From the NCBI GenBank assembly GCA_029351405.1, contig GCA_029351405.1_4841.1: DNA of 64,000 nucleotides; one strand, written 5' to 3'. Positions 54,955-64,000 of this stretch are shown here, one piece after another. The notes below the pieces were generated by a model. That model was not told the DNA's origin and ran no database searches. It worked only from the letters and a program-made list of their open reading frames with translations. The position numbers were made by a program, and so were the translations under genes. Origin of the DNA: Escherichia coli (GTDB taxonomy: Bacteria > Pseudomonadota > Gammaproteobacteria > Enterobacterales > Enterobacteriaceae). Each line of letters begins with the position of its first letter. The stretch's first letter is position 1.

Positions 54955-55776
54955 TTACACAGCTTTCGCTTCAGCCAGAGCCTGTGGAAGCCATTCATTG
55001 ATCGCCTTAACCAGAGACTCAGCATCAGACTCTTTGATCTTCTGACGTTTGGTGAAGGACTTGCCGTTTACGTACAGACTGAAGCCCCAGCCACCGGAAA
55101 CGATAGGCGCAACGTCGACATACGTATTGGTGCGGGCGTGAAGGTTTTCAGGGTTAGCCAGTTCGGTGACCGGGAACTGGAACCAACGCATGTCTGGGTT
55201 CACGTAGCTCAGGAACACGCCGGGGACAACACCAGCTTCAATCGCCGCCAAGACCGGACCGTGATTAGAAGCGCGAGCCAAGTCAACCATTTCCTCACGT
55301 TTGGTGTGACGGCGTTTACGCTCTACCAGCGCTGCCTGCGGGGTCAGGGTCTTACCCTTCGATGCTTCTTTCAACATAGAAGACGCCAAGGAGCCGATTT
55401 TCGCGTCGGACGGCTGATTGCCTTCTTCCAGCGCCGCGTTGACTGCATCTTGAACCGCGTCTACTGGGGCTTCACAAGCATCGGCAGAGATCGGTGCTTC
55501 AGCATCAACGGTTTCAGCGACTTTCAGGGATACTTCAGCTTGGGCTTGCTCTTGGGCTTGCGCCAGAGCCTGCTGAGTTTCTTCCTTCTCTTCGGCGCTC
55601 AGACCTTCAATCAGTTCGAAGCCGTTGGCAGCCTGAAGAACACCTTCAACCATACGGCGCAGGGTAACGTTTCCGATGATCAGACCTGCTTCTTTGATTT
55701 CAGCCTGAATAGCAGCAACGTCTTTGCCTTCAATTTCAATTTTGGTTCCAGAATCCACATGAAGAATATATGACAT
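54955..55776 (-). CDS. hypothetical protein (273 aa) with Ala/Glu/Gln-rich central linker
   Basis: Long ORF; low-complexity AEEKEETQQALAQAQEQAQAE linker between two globular-looking halves. Confidence 0.5.
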   Translation of the reverse strand: MSYILHVDSGTKIEIEGKDVAAIQAEIKEAGLIIGNVTLRRMVEGVLQAANGFELIEGLSAEEKEETQQALAQAQEQAQAEVSLKVAETVDAEAPISADACEAPVDAVQDAVNAALEEGNQPSDAKIGSLASSMLKEASKGKTLTPQAALVERKRRHTKREEMVDLARASNHGPVLAAIEAGVVPGVFLSYVNPDMRWFQFPVTELANPENLHARTNTYVDVAPIVSGGWGFSLYVNGKSFTKRQKIKESDAESLVKAINEWLPQALAEAKAV

Positions 55777-55965
55777 AATAAAAACCCTTTCGTTATTAAG
55801 ACCGTATCCGCGGCATATTGTTGTTCTGACTGTGTAGTGAGAACATAATATACTGCATTTTCATAGATGTAAACTACTTTTTATTGAAAAGAAAGTTAAC
55901 ACCTTAGTGTTATAAGGTGCGCGACCAAGCGGAGCGCGAACTTGCGTGAATATTAACTTTCTACG

Positions 55966-56247
55966 TCAATATAGAAAAACCATTTCCGGTGGCCAACAAT
56001 TTGTTAGCTCGACTTTTGCGAACCGTGGTTGGCAGTACGCATCAACCGACTCATCAAACAGACAGTGTTCTACATTTGCAATCATCAGATCATCATCCAC
56101 CACTTCAACAGAATGGACAATGATCTTGTGGTCATACGTCAGGCAACCGTCTAAATGCATGTTGTCAGCGCGGAGGTGTTGCATGATGAAATACTCTATG
56201 ATCGACTCAAGGACAGTCGTCAGCTTCAGATAACGTTTCATACACAC
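55966..56247 (-). CDS. hypothetical protein (93 aa)
   Basis: ORF co-oriented with its neighbours. Confidence 0.4.
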   Translation of the reverse strand: MCMKRYLKLTTVLESIIEYFIMQHLRADNMHLDGCLTYDHKIIVHSVEVVDDDLMIANVEHCLFDESVDAYCQPRFAKVELTNCWPPEMVFLY

Positions 56248-56261
56248 CTCTCACATTGGAG

Positions 56262-57011
56262 TTATTTGGACAGATAGAAGTTTGGAACTTCAGGGAAATG
56301 CTCTGGTAGATATCCCACCAGAACATCCTGTTTCACCTTCCCTTCGATATCTTCGCGGATACGACGAATCACATCTTCCTGTTGTTCTGCTGCCATCACT
56401 TCTTCCATGGCTGAGTACAAGTTTTCTAGAATGACACCTACGTAGTTGTGGATGGCACGACAGGAGTTCTGATCATACTCCATATCCGGATGAATCGCCA
56501 GGTCGACCTGATCACGCCCTACCAGCAGATGCCCAGACACCAGATTTATCGGGTATTTGAATACTTCACCAGATTTGACAGCAACTCCGTCGGCTTGCTT
56601 CAGCAGGAATTCGGTTTCAGAGAAGCGTTCAAGTAGTTCCGATGGGAATACCATATCGAGATTCTGATGTTTACGACCAAAGAAGTACAGACAATGCGCC
56701 AGTTTCAGGCATGCATCGGTGGCCATCTTCATGTGTGCTTTAGCGTGTTCATAACCAGCGATCACATCACGGACATAATCGTACAGGTCGGAATGACCAA
56801 AACGGATGTCCTCTTCGAAGCGGATTGCTGTTTCACTGTCCGGTTTCACACCCAGAACATCGAAAATATTTTGTTCACGAACGGATCTGCCGTTTCGATC
56901 GAAACCCAGAACGCAACCGACTTCGAATCCACTCTTTTCAAAATTTGGGAGTTTCATATCAAGGCGAGCTGGGGTAAACTCTAACCCGAACATACGATAA
57001 ATTTGTGACAT
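56262..57011 (-). CDS. hypothetical protein (249 aa)
   Basis: Long ORF; no motif recognised. Confidence 0.5.
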   Translation of the reverse strand: MSQIYRMFGLEFTPARLDMKLPNFEKSGFEVGCVLGFDRNGRSVREQNIFDVLGVKPDSETAIRFEEDIRFGHSDLYDYVRDVIAGYEHAKAHMKMATDACLKLAHCLYFFGRKHQNLDMVFPSELLERFSETEFLLKQADGVAVKSGEVFKYPINLVSGHLLVGRDQVDLAIHPDMEYDQNSCRAIHNYVGVILENLYSAMEEVMAAEQQEDVIRRIREDIEGKVKQDVLVGYLPEHFPEVPNFYLSK

Positions 57012-57073
57012 GTTATAGCCTCATCATTTAGGATTACCTGTTCACGAATTATCCCTCGGAACGGGTTATAGAA

Positions 57074-57778
57074 CTATTTCTTCTTATGCATACGACGTGC
57101 ATCTTTCCACACAGACATCTGGCTCTGTTTCTGGAAGCGGGCAGTGCGCATGAAGAGAACGATCTCCCAGTACTGTGGCTCAATCTCGTAAAGCTGTGAA
57201 CGGAACTGATCGGCGCGGTACAGCTTCACACAGTGATTGTACAGCGGATGGTTGGCGAAGCGCTTCAGGGCTTCCCAGGTGAGCTTCAGACGCGTCTTCG
57301 AGCGGTATGCCCGTTCGTTACGCAACTTGATCAGATCCTCAAACACCAACAGCCTGAGCTTCGGTGGCAGGTAGTGCATGTTGAGTCCCCAGAGGTATGT
57401 CACACCCTTCTCTCCAAAGGTGATACCATCACCCTTGACAAAGTTGAAGAAGAACACCAGAGGGTACATATCCCAGTAGGGTAGTTCATTCTTCGTCAGA
57501 GCATCATATTTGAAATAGAACATACGCCCGACTATATACCGCACACCTTGTACCGGACGTTTATGATCAGCGAATGCCTGTTTCATATGGTTGGGACTCA
57601 GGTTGGCGTCCTTAGACACACGCTCCATGAACCACAAATGCGAACGGCGGATGTTACGCTTCGCCTCTGGGCCGAAGTGTTGACGGTACTTGCGGATGTA
57701 ACGCTTGACCAGCTCGGGGGCGTCCATCTCGGCCGGAAACAGCAACGGATCTTCTTCGCCAGCTGCATTCTTTGCCAT
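57074..57778 (-). CDS. hypothetical protein (234 aa), basic
   Basis: Long ORF; basic termini; no motif recognised. Confidence 0.5.
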   Translation of the reverse strand: MAKNAAGEEDPLLFPAEMDAPELVKRYIRKYRQHFGPEAKRNIRRSHLWFMERVSKDANLSPNHMKQAFADHKRPVQGVRYIVGRMFYFKYDALTKNELPYWDMYPLVFFFNFVKGDGITFGEKGVTYLWGLNMHYLPPKLRLLVFEDLIKLRNERAYRSKTRLKLTWEALKRFANHPLYNHCVKLYRADQFRSQLYEIEPQYWEIVLFMRTARFQKQSQMSVWKDARRMHKKK

Positions 57779-57789
57779 TTGTCAACTCC

Positions 57790-57797
57790 TATAAATA
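57790..57797 (+). promoter_or_regulatory. T4-type late promoter (TATAAATA)
   Basis: Exact TATAAATA 35 nt upstream of the GTG start at 57832 of a structural-like gene. Confidence 0.5.
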
Positions 57798-57831
57798 ATA
57801 ACAGTTATTTTATTTAAGTGGAGTCCTCATC

Positions 57832-58776
57832 GTGGAAGACTATCGCAATTTTATCACACAGATGTTACAGCGGGGCTTGTCGCGCAAGAACCGCTTCAGA
57901 GTGACCATCCCTCTACCACCAGGGATCTTTGATTCCAATGCCACTCTGGCTAATGACGGAAAGGCGTACAGAACCAATTCATCTTTCGGCGACTTGTTTA
58001 AGCAGTCAGCCCGTATTGTAAACGCTTTCTTTGGAGGGACAAACCAGACGTCCCGTTCCCTTCAGATGATGTGTATGGTTGCCTCATTGCCAGGGGTTGG
58101 TATCGACACCACTCCAATGACAAGCAACGGTAATCACATCAAGATGCCGAACAACAAGTCCAACGTCGACCTCGACTTGTCATTCTTATTAGCCAATGAC
58201 TATTATGAGAAGTCTGTGATGGACAAGTGGAAGAGTCTGATCTTTGATCCACACACCACCAAAATGGGATATTACGAAGACTTCGTGACTGACATATGCA
58301 TTGAACAGCTTGACACCGAAGATCAAGTGGTCCACCGCGTCTACATCGTCGAGGCTCACCCAATAAATTTCAGTTCTATTGAGCTGGATAAAGGTGCCAC
58401 AGACCAGTTCAACCAGTACAACATTTCTTTCTCTTACAACAAAGTGCTTTCGGAGACAGAATATGAAACACGCAGCCTTTCCAGCGATTTTCTTCCTCTC
58501 GGCATTGCTGACGCTCTTACCAGTGGTGACTGGGAAACTGCGGCCTCAAAAGCCGGACAACTTTATCGCAAGGTGAAAGAAGGGAACTTCACAGGAGAGG
58601 CTCTCCTGGCTTACAAACAGCTTGACCAACTTGTAAACAACCTGGCTGGGATAAGCATACAGGACTTCGAGCGCATCTCGGTAGGTATCTCTCGTGACAT
58701 CATGGGTAACGATAACCTGACGGCGGCGGAGAAGACAAGCCTGTTGGGGTTATTGAAAGACGTGATGGGAAAATAA
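57832..58776 (+). CDS. tail-tube/baseplate junction-like structural protein (gp48/gp54-like paralog)
   Basis: 314 aa; GTG start; N-terminal RKNRFRVTIPLPPG and overall composition resemble the gp54/gp48 family; plus-strand gene inside the minus-strand block. Confidence 0.4.
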   Translation: MEDYRNFITQMLQRGLSRKNRFRVTIPLPPGIFDSNATLANDGKAYRTNSSFGDLFKQSARIVNAFFGGTNQTSRSLQMMCMVASLPGVGIDTTPMTSNGNHIKMPNNKSNVDLDLSFLLANDYYEKSVMDKWKSLIFDPHTTKMGYYEDFVTDICIEQLDTEDQVVHRVYIVEAHPINFSSIELDKGATDQFNQYNISFSYNKVLSETEYETRSLSSDFLPLGIADALTSGDWETAASKAGQLYRKVKEGNFTGEALLAYKQLDQLVNNLAGISIQDFERISVGISRDIMGNDNLTAAEKTSLLGLLKDVMGK

Positions 58777-58802
58777 AAAGCCATCCGAAGATGGCTTGTT
58801 GA

Positions 58803-59813
58803 TCAGTTAGACTTGAGATACTGCTCGAATTCGTCAATGGAAGCCGTGTTTCTGGCATTCGGTTGAGCCTGAGCCTGAGACGGCGCGGCCTGTTGCTGTT
58901 TCAGGCTATCTTGAGCAGTTGGCTGATGCGTAGTCTGGGTGCTAGGAGCATGAGCCATCGTGGCTGCACCACCTTCAACCAGAGGCTGGTCATCAGGGAT
59001 TGCCAGAACTTTGCGCAGGCGCTTTTCCAGGGAGTCGTAGTCTTTGAAGTTAGCCGGATTGAAGAATTCAAACAGGCTGTGCTCGCGAGACCAGACGTCT
59101 TCCATATACGCTTCGTCATCACTCAGCGGGGCAGGGTTCTCCCACACCACCTTACTGAAGTTTGCCACCAGACCTTCCCAGTTCCCAAACTTCTTCTGCT
59201 CGCCAAAGAGCTTCAGGTTCAGGTTGGCACCTTCCCACAGATCGAACGGATCGAATTTAGGGTCGGTTGGGAACTTAGGATTCTGCGCCTGATCCAGGAT
59301 TTTCTTGATGGCGTTACCAAATTCCAGCAGGAAGACCTTGCCGTTGTTTTCCGGTACGTTGACATCTTTGATCACCAGAATGTTAGCGTAGTATTTGGTG
59401 TCGGGTAGACGTTTCTTCAGGATGTCCTTCAGCTTTTCGTCGTTCGTTTCTTTCTGCTGCGCCCACAGCGGACGGTCATGGTCGCGCACCGGATCGTCGT
59501 TACCGAACGTCTGAGGTGAGTTCTCAATATACCAACCACCAGGTCCCTGGAACTGATGCTTCATGATCATGGCACAAGGGGTAAGGATCTGATCTTTATC
59601 GATCGTTCCTTCTTCCTGTGCCTTGAGGTCTACCAGCGGGACTGGCAGGAAGCGGATGATGTTCTCAGAGATACCATCTTTGTTCCAAGTCCATTTCCAG
59701 ATGCGAGGATCCTTCTGGAAACCGGACTTCTGACCTTGCTGTGCAAGACGCGCCTGCATAGCTTCAGTTTGCTGGCCACGGGATGCTTTCAGACGATCGA
59801 ATAAATTACCCAT
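58803..59813 (-). CDS. 32: single-stranded DNA-binding protein (T4 gp32-like)
   Basis: 336 aa; NIIRFLPVP, KYYANILVIKDVNVPENNGKVF and FDLWEGANLNLK parallel T4 gp32 [30 protein letters not shown] and CPWEGANFVLK; acidic/Gln-rich C-terminus. Confidence 0.85.
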   Translation of the reverse strand: MGNLFDRLKASRGQQTEAMQARLAQQGQKSGFQKDPRIWKWTWNKDGISENIIRFLPVPLVDLKAQEEGTIDKDQILTPCAMIMKHQFQGPGGWYIENSPQTFGNDDPVRDHDRPLWAQQKETNDEKLKDILKKRLPDTKYYANILVIKDVNVPENNGKVFLLEFGNAIKKILDQAQNPKFPTDPKFDPFDLWEGANLNLKLFGEQKKFGNWEGLVANFSKVVWENPAPLSDDEAYMEDVWSREHSLFEFFNPANFKDYDSLEKRLRKVLAIPDDQPLVEGGAATMAHAPSTQTTHQPTAQDSLKQQQAAPSQAQAQPNARNTASIDEFEQYLKSN

Positions 59814-59912
59814 TTCTTAATTTCCTCTGTTTCCGCCCCTCAGGGCTATTCTGTTACATGTATTTTCAGTTTGCTACAAAGCGGGGTAATTATACCCCGA
59901 TCTTACATTGAA

Positions 59913-60152
59913 TTAACCTTTAAGCACTTGATTTGCTGGGTCAATTTCAATAATGTCGAACACGTCCGAAAACGTCTTCTTGCCTTCGTCGTGCGTGTGA
60001 TACTCAACGACATATGAGCGACCATCAGGGGTAACGTAACGAATACGATCCGTCTGGTCGGCATTCTCGTTCAGACTACCCACACGCCAGCGCATTGCGC
60101 CAGGAAGAAACTCGGCAGCTTTCATTGCGCTGTAAATTGATTCTTTGCTCAT
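59913..60152 (-). CDS. hypothetical protein (79 aa)
   Basis: ORF upstream of gp32 in the minus-strand operon. Confidence 0.45.
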   Translation of the reverse strand: MSKESIYSAMKAAEFLPGAMRWRVGSLNENADQTDRIRYVTPDGRSYVVEYHTHDEGKKTFSDVFDIIEIDPANQVLKG

Positions 60153-60159
60153 AATAGAC

Positions 60160-60405
60160 CTACACTAATTTCTTAGACTTTAGCGCGTCTTTGATCAGGC
60201 GCGCATCGGAGCACTCAGCTGTCAGTCGTGACAACAATGGTGCTGTAATCATCTTTTTGACTTTGGTCTCGTCTATGTCGTTCTCTTCACAGACAGCTGC
60301 CAGAGTCTCAAGGATAGTATCCTTGGTTTGGGCGGCGCGTAGTAGGACGATTTCAGAAAATAATTCTGGTGTCATCACAAGCGCTGGCTGTTTTTCGTCA
60401 GACAT
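60160..60405 (-). CDS. hypothetical protein (81 aa)
   Basis: ORF co-oriented with its neighbours. Confidence 0.45.
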   Translation of the reverse strand: MSDEKQPALVMTPELFSEIVLLRAAQTKDTILETLAAVCEENDIDETKVKKMITAPLLSRLTAECSDARLIKDALKSKKLV

Positions 60406-60643
60406 CGATTGTGTTCCCCTTACCCGAACCCTTCTTTATCGTACGCAAGACGTCCTTGAAGCCGTCTGGAGCTGATTGTGGTCCCTTCACCCCAGAGACA
60501 ATCTTGGGAGCACCCACGATCATACTAATCTCCCCTCCGCACTCAGTGCAGGGGTTGGATTCAGGCTCATGGCGATCTGCAATAGATTTACGCAGTGTCA
60601 TCGCGTTACCACAGCCCTTGCATTGATAATCATACAGCGGCAT
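60398..60643 (-). CDS. zinc-ribbon protein (FmdB-like)
   Basis: 81 aa; MPLYDYQCKGCGN...NPCTECGG paired CxxC. Confidence 0.5.
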   Translation of the reverse strand: MPLYDYQCKGCGNAMTLRKSIADRHEPESNPCTECGGEISMIVGAPKIVSGVKGPQSAPDGFKDVLRTIKKGSGKGNTIDV

Positions 60644-60944
60644 GGAACACCCCCAAGGTTGTCAGCACGAAACGAACCATAATGATAACCAGCAACATCA
60701 CTGTAGAAAACACTACACGCTTGATCATTTTATCGCGCATGTGGATGAACTGATATGAGAGGATAGCCTCGGCCTGTTGATCGGCACGAACGTTCGTGTC
60801 ACGATGTGGGGACAGTGTGTAGAAGTTGATCTGGTACACATACGCATGAACCAGAGTGAAGAACGACTTCACCCAGACCAAGACAACCACTAACAACAAG
60901 GCGAACGTCAGGAAGTTCGCCAACAACCAATAATCGACCATCAT
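60630..60944 (-). CDS. membrane protein (104 aa)
   Basis: Three hydrophobic helices. Confidence 0.4.
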   Translation of the reverse strand: MMVDYWLLANFLTFALLLVVVLVWVKSFFTLVHAYVYQINFYTLSPHRDTNVRADQQAEAILSYQFIHMRDKMIKRVVFSTVMLLVIIMVRFVLTTLGVFHAAV

Positions 60945-61531
60945 ACACCTCTGTTGAAGTCTGGATTATTCTCAATGAAGTAAGAGCCACAAGCCATTAT
61001 CGCAAACGAATCCACGAGGTCATCGATTGGCTTGGGATCCTTAACTTCCAACATATCCATTATACCGCGCATGCTAACATTGAACAGTGACTCGAAGTGA
61101 GCGATCATGGCATGTTTATCCGCGTTGCCCTTGTCGGTGAACATCTTCTTCACGTGTGATGGCGTGACGATCTGGAAGTCGAAATTGTTACGGCGCAGGG
61201 CTTGCTTCAACAGTGAGGTATTCTCTGCGGTCTGGCATATGTTGTTGGAGTTCTTAGAGTTGCCCATAGCATACCCTTCAAGAGTGATCGCATCCGGCTT
61301 CTCAGTCAACAGGACAGCCTCAGCCCATTTACAGATGTTATAGAAGCGTTCTTCTGGGGTCTCCCACTTCGGTTGCTTCATGATAAGGATATTCTGACGA
61401 ATCTGAGTGCAGTACTTCTCCACAGTATAATATGCGTAGAAGCGCAGATGATCAAAATCAAGAGGGTCTTTATCATCCCAGAAGCACAGGGATGGACAGC
61501 CATAGGAGTAGTCGATTCCGCAATATTTCAT
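60941..61531 (-). CDS. RuvC-like (RNase H-fold) nuclease, putative junction resolvase
   Basis: 196 aa; N-terminal YCGIDYSYG, central AITLEGYA and C-terminal IDDLVDSFAIMACG resemble RuvC-family carboxylate motifs. Confidence 0.45.
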   Translation of the reverse strand: MKYCGIDYSYGCPSLCFWDDKDPLDFDHLRFYAYYTVEKYCTQIRQNILIMKQPKWETPEERFYNICKWAEAVLLTEKPDAITLEGYAMGNSKNSNNICQTAENTSLLKQALRRNNFDFQIVTPSHVKKMFTDKGNADKHAMIAHFESLFNVSMRGIMDMLEVKDPKPIDDLVDSFAIMACGSYFIENNPDFNRGV

Positions 61532-61582
61532 GTAAATAGCCCATAACGAAGTTTCATTGGTGTATGGGCTATTTACGCCGGG

Positions 61583-62092
61583 TTAACGGGTGATGATTTT
61601 GCTATCAGGCAGGACCAGACCAGGGTGGTCCAGGTTCTTCTGCATCTGTTGGATACTCTGCAGGATCACGGTAGTGTCAATGTGGCGTTTCACTTTGCGC
61701 GCTTCATCACCGTAGGAGATCTGCCCCTGAGGATCGATGTAGTGGGCTGACACAACCTGCAGATCATAACCACACTTGATCAGGTACTTAGCAATGTTGC
61801 TAACTTCGAGAGACAGGGACTCACCGTCCACACCGATGTTGGCTGAGTAGACGATTACGCCATTTTCTACCGCTTTTGGTTCAAACAAAACCATACCAGC
61901 GATCGTCTGGATCAAAGGAACTCCCTCGGTATCGAAAGCCACCTGATCGAACGCGCCGATGAACTCATCCGGCACTTTACCTTCGGCATCAGAAACTGTG
62001 TGTTTCATAAGGTCCAGGACGTGTTGTTGTACTTCCTCAATCGGAGCACGTTCAACGGGTTTTTCGTTTTGCATTACTTTTCTCCAGTTCAT
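61583..62092 (-). CDS. hypothetical protein (169 aa from internal Met)
   Basis: Start set at MNWRKV (CAT 62090-62092, GGAG RBS); the track ORF extends to 62185 inside the upstream gene. Confidence 0.45.
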   Translation of the reverse strand: MNWRKVMQNEKPVERAPIEEVQQHVLDLMKHTVSDAEGKVPDEFIGAFDQVAFDTEGVPLIQTIAGMVLFEPKAVENGVIVYSANIGVDGESLSLEVSNIAKYLIKCGYDLQVVSAHYIDPQGQISYGDEARKVKRHIDTTVILQSIQQMQKNLDHPGLVLPDSKIITR

Positions 62093-62582
62093 AATCGCGC
62101 TCCACAACGTATTGGTAGACACGCATCTTAATATAGTCAGCACTGCCTGCTGAAGACAGCACCATCCATCCACTACTAAGGGCATTCATCTTATATTGAC
62201 CAACACCCTCTTGAAAATAACTTTTAATCTGTTCCAGCTTTCGCCCACGATGATAATACGAGATGAGTTCACCGATGACAATACAATCTGGATAATGCTT
62301 TTCCAATGTATTGATGTTGCGGTGAACATATACGGGTAGAACTTCTTCATCGTCGATAGGGCTGTAGTATGGGTCTACGATGACCACTTGTAGACCATAA
62401 CGCAGCAGGTCTTTGACACCCAGCCGACAGAACTTATAATCTTCGTGTTTCATTGCCACATGGAGGATATTCTCTTTCTTGGCATAATCGGTCAGGAAGA
62501 TAAAGAAGTCTGTGTTGGGATCGGGATATTGTATAGACAGTTCTTTGCCTATTTCACTAAAACAAAATCCGCGCATTTTCAT
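62052..62582 (-). CDS. hypothetical protein (176 aa)
   Basis: First gene of the minus-strand block, divergent from the plus-strand gene at 62626. Confidence 0.45.
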   Translation of the reverse strand: MKMRGFCFSEIGKELSIQYPDPNTDFFIFLTDYAKKENILHVAMKHEDYKFCRLGVKDLLRYGLQVVIVDPYYSPIDDEEVLPVYVHRNINTLEKHYPDCIVIGELISYYHRGRKLEQIKSYFQEGVGQYKMNALSSGWMVLSSAGSADYIKMRVYQYVVERDYELEKSNAKRKTR

Positions 62583-62625
62583 TCCTCGTTATAATTACTC
62601 TTACAATATACCGTGGAGATACATT

Positions 62626-63432
62626 ATGAATTTACCATCATTGCCCAGAACAGAAAAGACATATAAAAGCGACTTTTGGCCTACTGTGATCAAATATCGC
62701 GCCTTTACTGCGGGGCAACAAACTTTGTTACTTCAGGTGTCAGATCCGCAAACGCCGATTGAAGAACGCGCAGCCATGATGGAGAGTCTCTTTAGCGAGT
62801 GTGTAAATGCAGGCGCACCTTTCAGCAAACTGCCAATCGGCGTTGTTGAAGAAGTGTTCATCCGCATGCGCATGATCTCCATCGGTGAATTGATGAAGAT
62901 TCGTTATAAGTGCAATAATCAGATTGAAGAAACGATCGATCTGGGAGATGGTCAAGAAAAGCACCAGATGGTTCCCTGTGAGCAGGAACTGACTTTACCT
63001 ATCCCGTTGAACAATGTCAAATGCATTGCTCAGGACGGCTTCCGGGAGACGTTTGACCTGCCAGGTGGATATCACCTCAAAATGCGCCAACCTTCCTTCT
63101 CGGACGCTACGGCACTGTCTGATGCTGCAAGCGTTGAGATGATGCTGGCCACCTTTATCGACTGTCTGTATGATGATGACGGTCAGGTGTGGAAGGTTGA
63201 GAATCCTGAAGAAATCGGAATCACTCCGGAAGAGGCTACTGAGCGCCGCCGTGTGAAAGAAGCGTTTGTTGGGTGGGTGAAGGATAACATCGAATCAGAT
63301 GTTATTGACAGCATTACGAAGAACTTCTTCCATAAAATACCGCGCATCCACTACAAGAGTTCGATCAAGTGTCCGAAATGTGGTAAGGAGCACAAAATCG
63401 AATTCAATAGTATTAATGAAATTTTCATTTAA
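62626..63432 (+). CDS. hypothetical protein with C-terminal zinc ribbon (268 aa)
   Basis: Start set at MNLPSLP (ATG 62626, GGAGA RBS); late-promoter-like TATAATTA at 62591-62598; C-terminal KCPKCGKEH. Confidence 0.5.
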   Translation: MNLPSLPRTEKTYKSDFWPTVIKYRAFTAGQQTLLLQVSDPQTPIEERAAMMESLFSECVNAGAPFSKLPIGVVEEVFIRMRMISIGELMKIRYKCNNQIEETIDLGDGQEKHQMVPCEQELTLPIPLNNVKCIAQDGFRETFDLPGGYHLKMRQPSFSDATALSDAASVEMMLATFIDCLYDDDGQVWKVENPEEIGITPEEATERRRVKEAFVGWVKDNIESDVIDSITKNFFHKIPRIHYKSSIKCPKCGKEHKIEFNSINEIFI

Positions 63433-63581
63433 TGTTTGAAACTGATTTATTATCCTACTTCGTGATGTGTGATGAATTGAAGTTACACGGCTATAGCATA
63501 TTTGAAATCAACGAGTCGATGCCATGGCATCTTGACTTGTTAACCGAAGCCCTCAAGGTCAGGTTGTCTAAGAAACAGTAA
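63432..63581 (+). CDS. hypothetical small protein (49 aa)
   Basis: ATG in a TAATG overlap with the upstream stop; ends just before a strong terminator. Confidence 0.3.
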   Translation: MFETDLLSYFVMCDELKLHGYSIFEINESMPWHLDLLTEALKVRLSKKQ

Positions 63582-63606
63582 TCCCGCTTCGGCGGGATTT
63601 TTATTG
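63581..63606 (+). terminator. Rho-independent terminator
   Basis: Hairpin ATCCCGC-(TTCG)-GCGGGAT followed by TTTTTATT. Confidence 0.75.
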
Positions 63607-64000
63607 GCTTAACTGTAAAATCGGTTAACACGCACTCTCTTTACCTGAAATTGCTATAATGGGCTTGTTCCCCGAATCATTTGTTGGTGTTTGTCTGTTT
63701 TGAATCAGATTGTCAGTAAAATACCATTTTTCAAGGAGTGTTCTGGGGTGTACAGTTATTGCCTCGCCCTTATGCCTCCATGGCATTGGAATGGTGCTGC
63801 CCGCATAGGGCGGTTTGATGAGCGAAGCGAATAGGATCGAATAAAACAAATAAAATGAACGGAAGCAGAGCTTCCTATAGTATATAAGGCAAAATCAGCT
63901 GCGCATAAATACCTTCAAATCCTTGTTTGACAACCGGAACTCAATATGTTAGACAATATGAGATGGTTTTACGGCACCGTTGAAGATGTCAACGATCCAG

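Noticed and set aside
55138-55773. 211-aa plus-strand ORF opposite the gene at 54955-55776
   Set aside because: Antisense to a longer ORF that fits the minus-strand operon; Arg/Phe-rich artefactual translation.
1-64000. CRISPR arrays, integrase or transposase genes, prophage att sites
   Set aside because: No direct-repeat/spacer arrays and no integrase or transposase-like ORFs were seen; the window reads as a lytic T4-like phage genome.

Overview
This 64 kb window looks like part of a T4-like (Straboviridae/Ackermannviridae-like) lytic myovirus genome with roughly 50% GC, not bacterial chromosome. It opens with a ~2.5 kb non-coding tRNA/structured-RNA cluster with four confident tRNAs (1257-2230). 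A densely packed plus-strand block (2601-42651) follows: a PLP-dependent enzyme, T4-type family B DNA polymerase, a HAD nucleotidase-like protein, P-loop kinase, a LemA-family protein with a membrane partner, rIIA/rIIB, an Ig-like protein, a MazG-like protein, topoisomerase II large and medium subunits, a macro-domain protein, DexA-like exonuclease, a QueC-like PP-loop ATPase, a metallophosphoesterase, dCMP deaminase and baseplate-hub/tail-tube genes. A minus-strand block (42652-62582) holds the gp59 loader, DNA ligase, gp41 helicase, UvsX, dCTPase-like, dNMP kinase, a thymidylate-synthase-family pyrimidine hydroxymethylase, a second P-loop kinase, gp32 SSB and a RuvC-like nuclease. Genes are joined by ATGA/TAATG overlaps and separated by many intrinsic-terminator hairpins. 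The most notable signals are a scattered gene set consistent with non-canonical DNA base modification, several candidate counter-defence genes (macro domain, QueC-like, MazG-like, acidic proteins), and a recurrent intergenic TTCAATAA motif beside terminator hairpins. All homology calls are from reading the translations and remembered family motifs; no database search was run.
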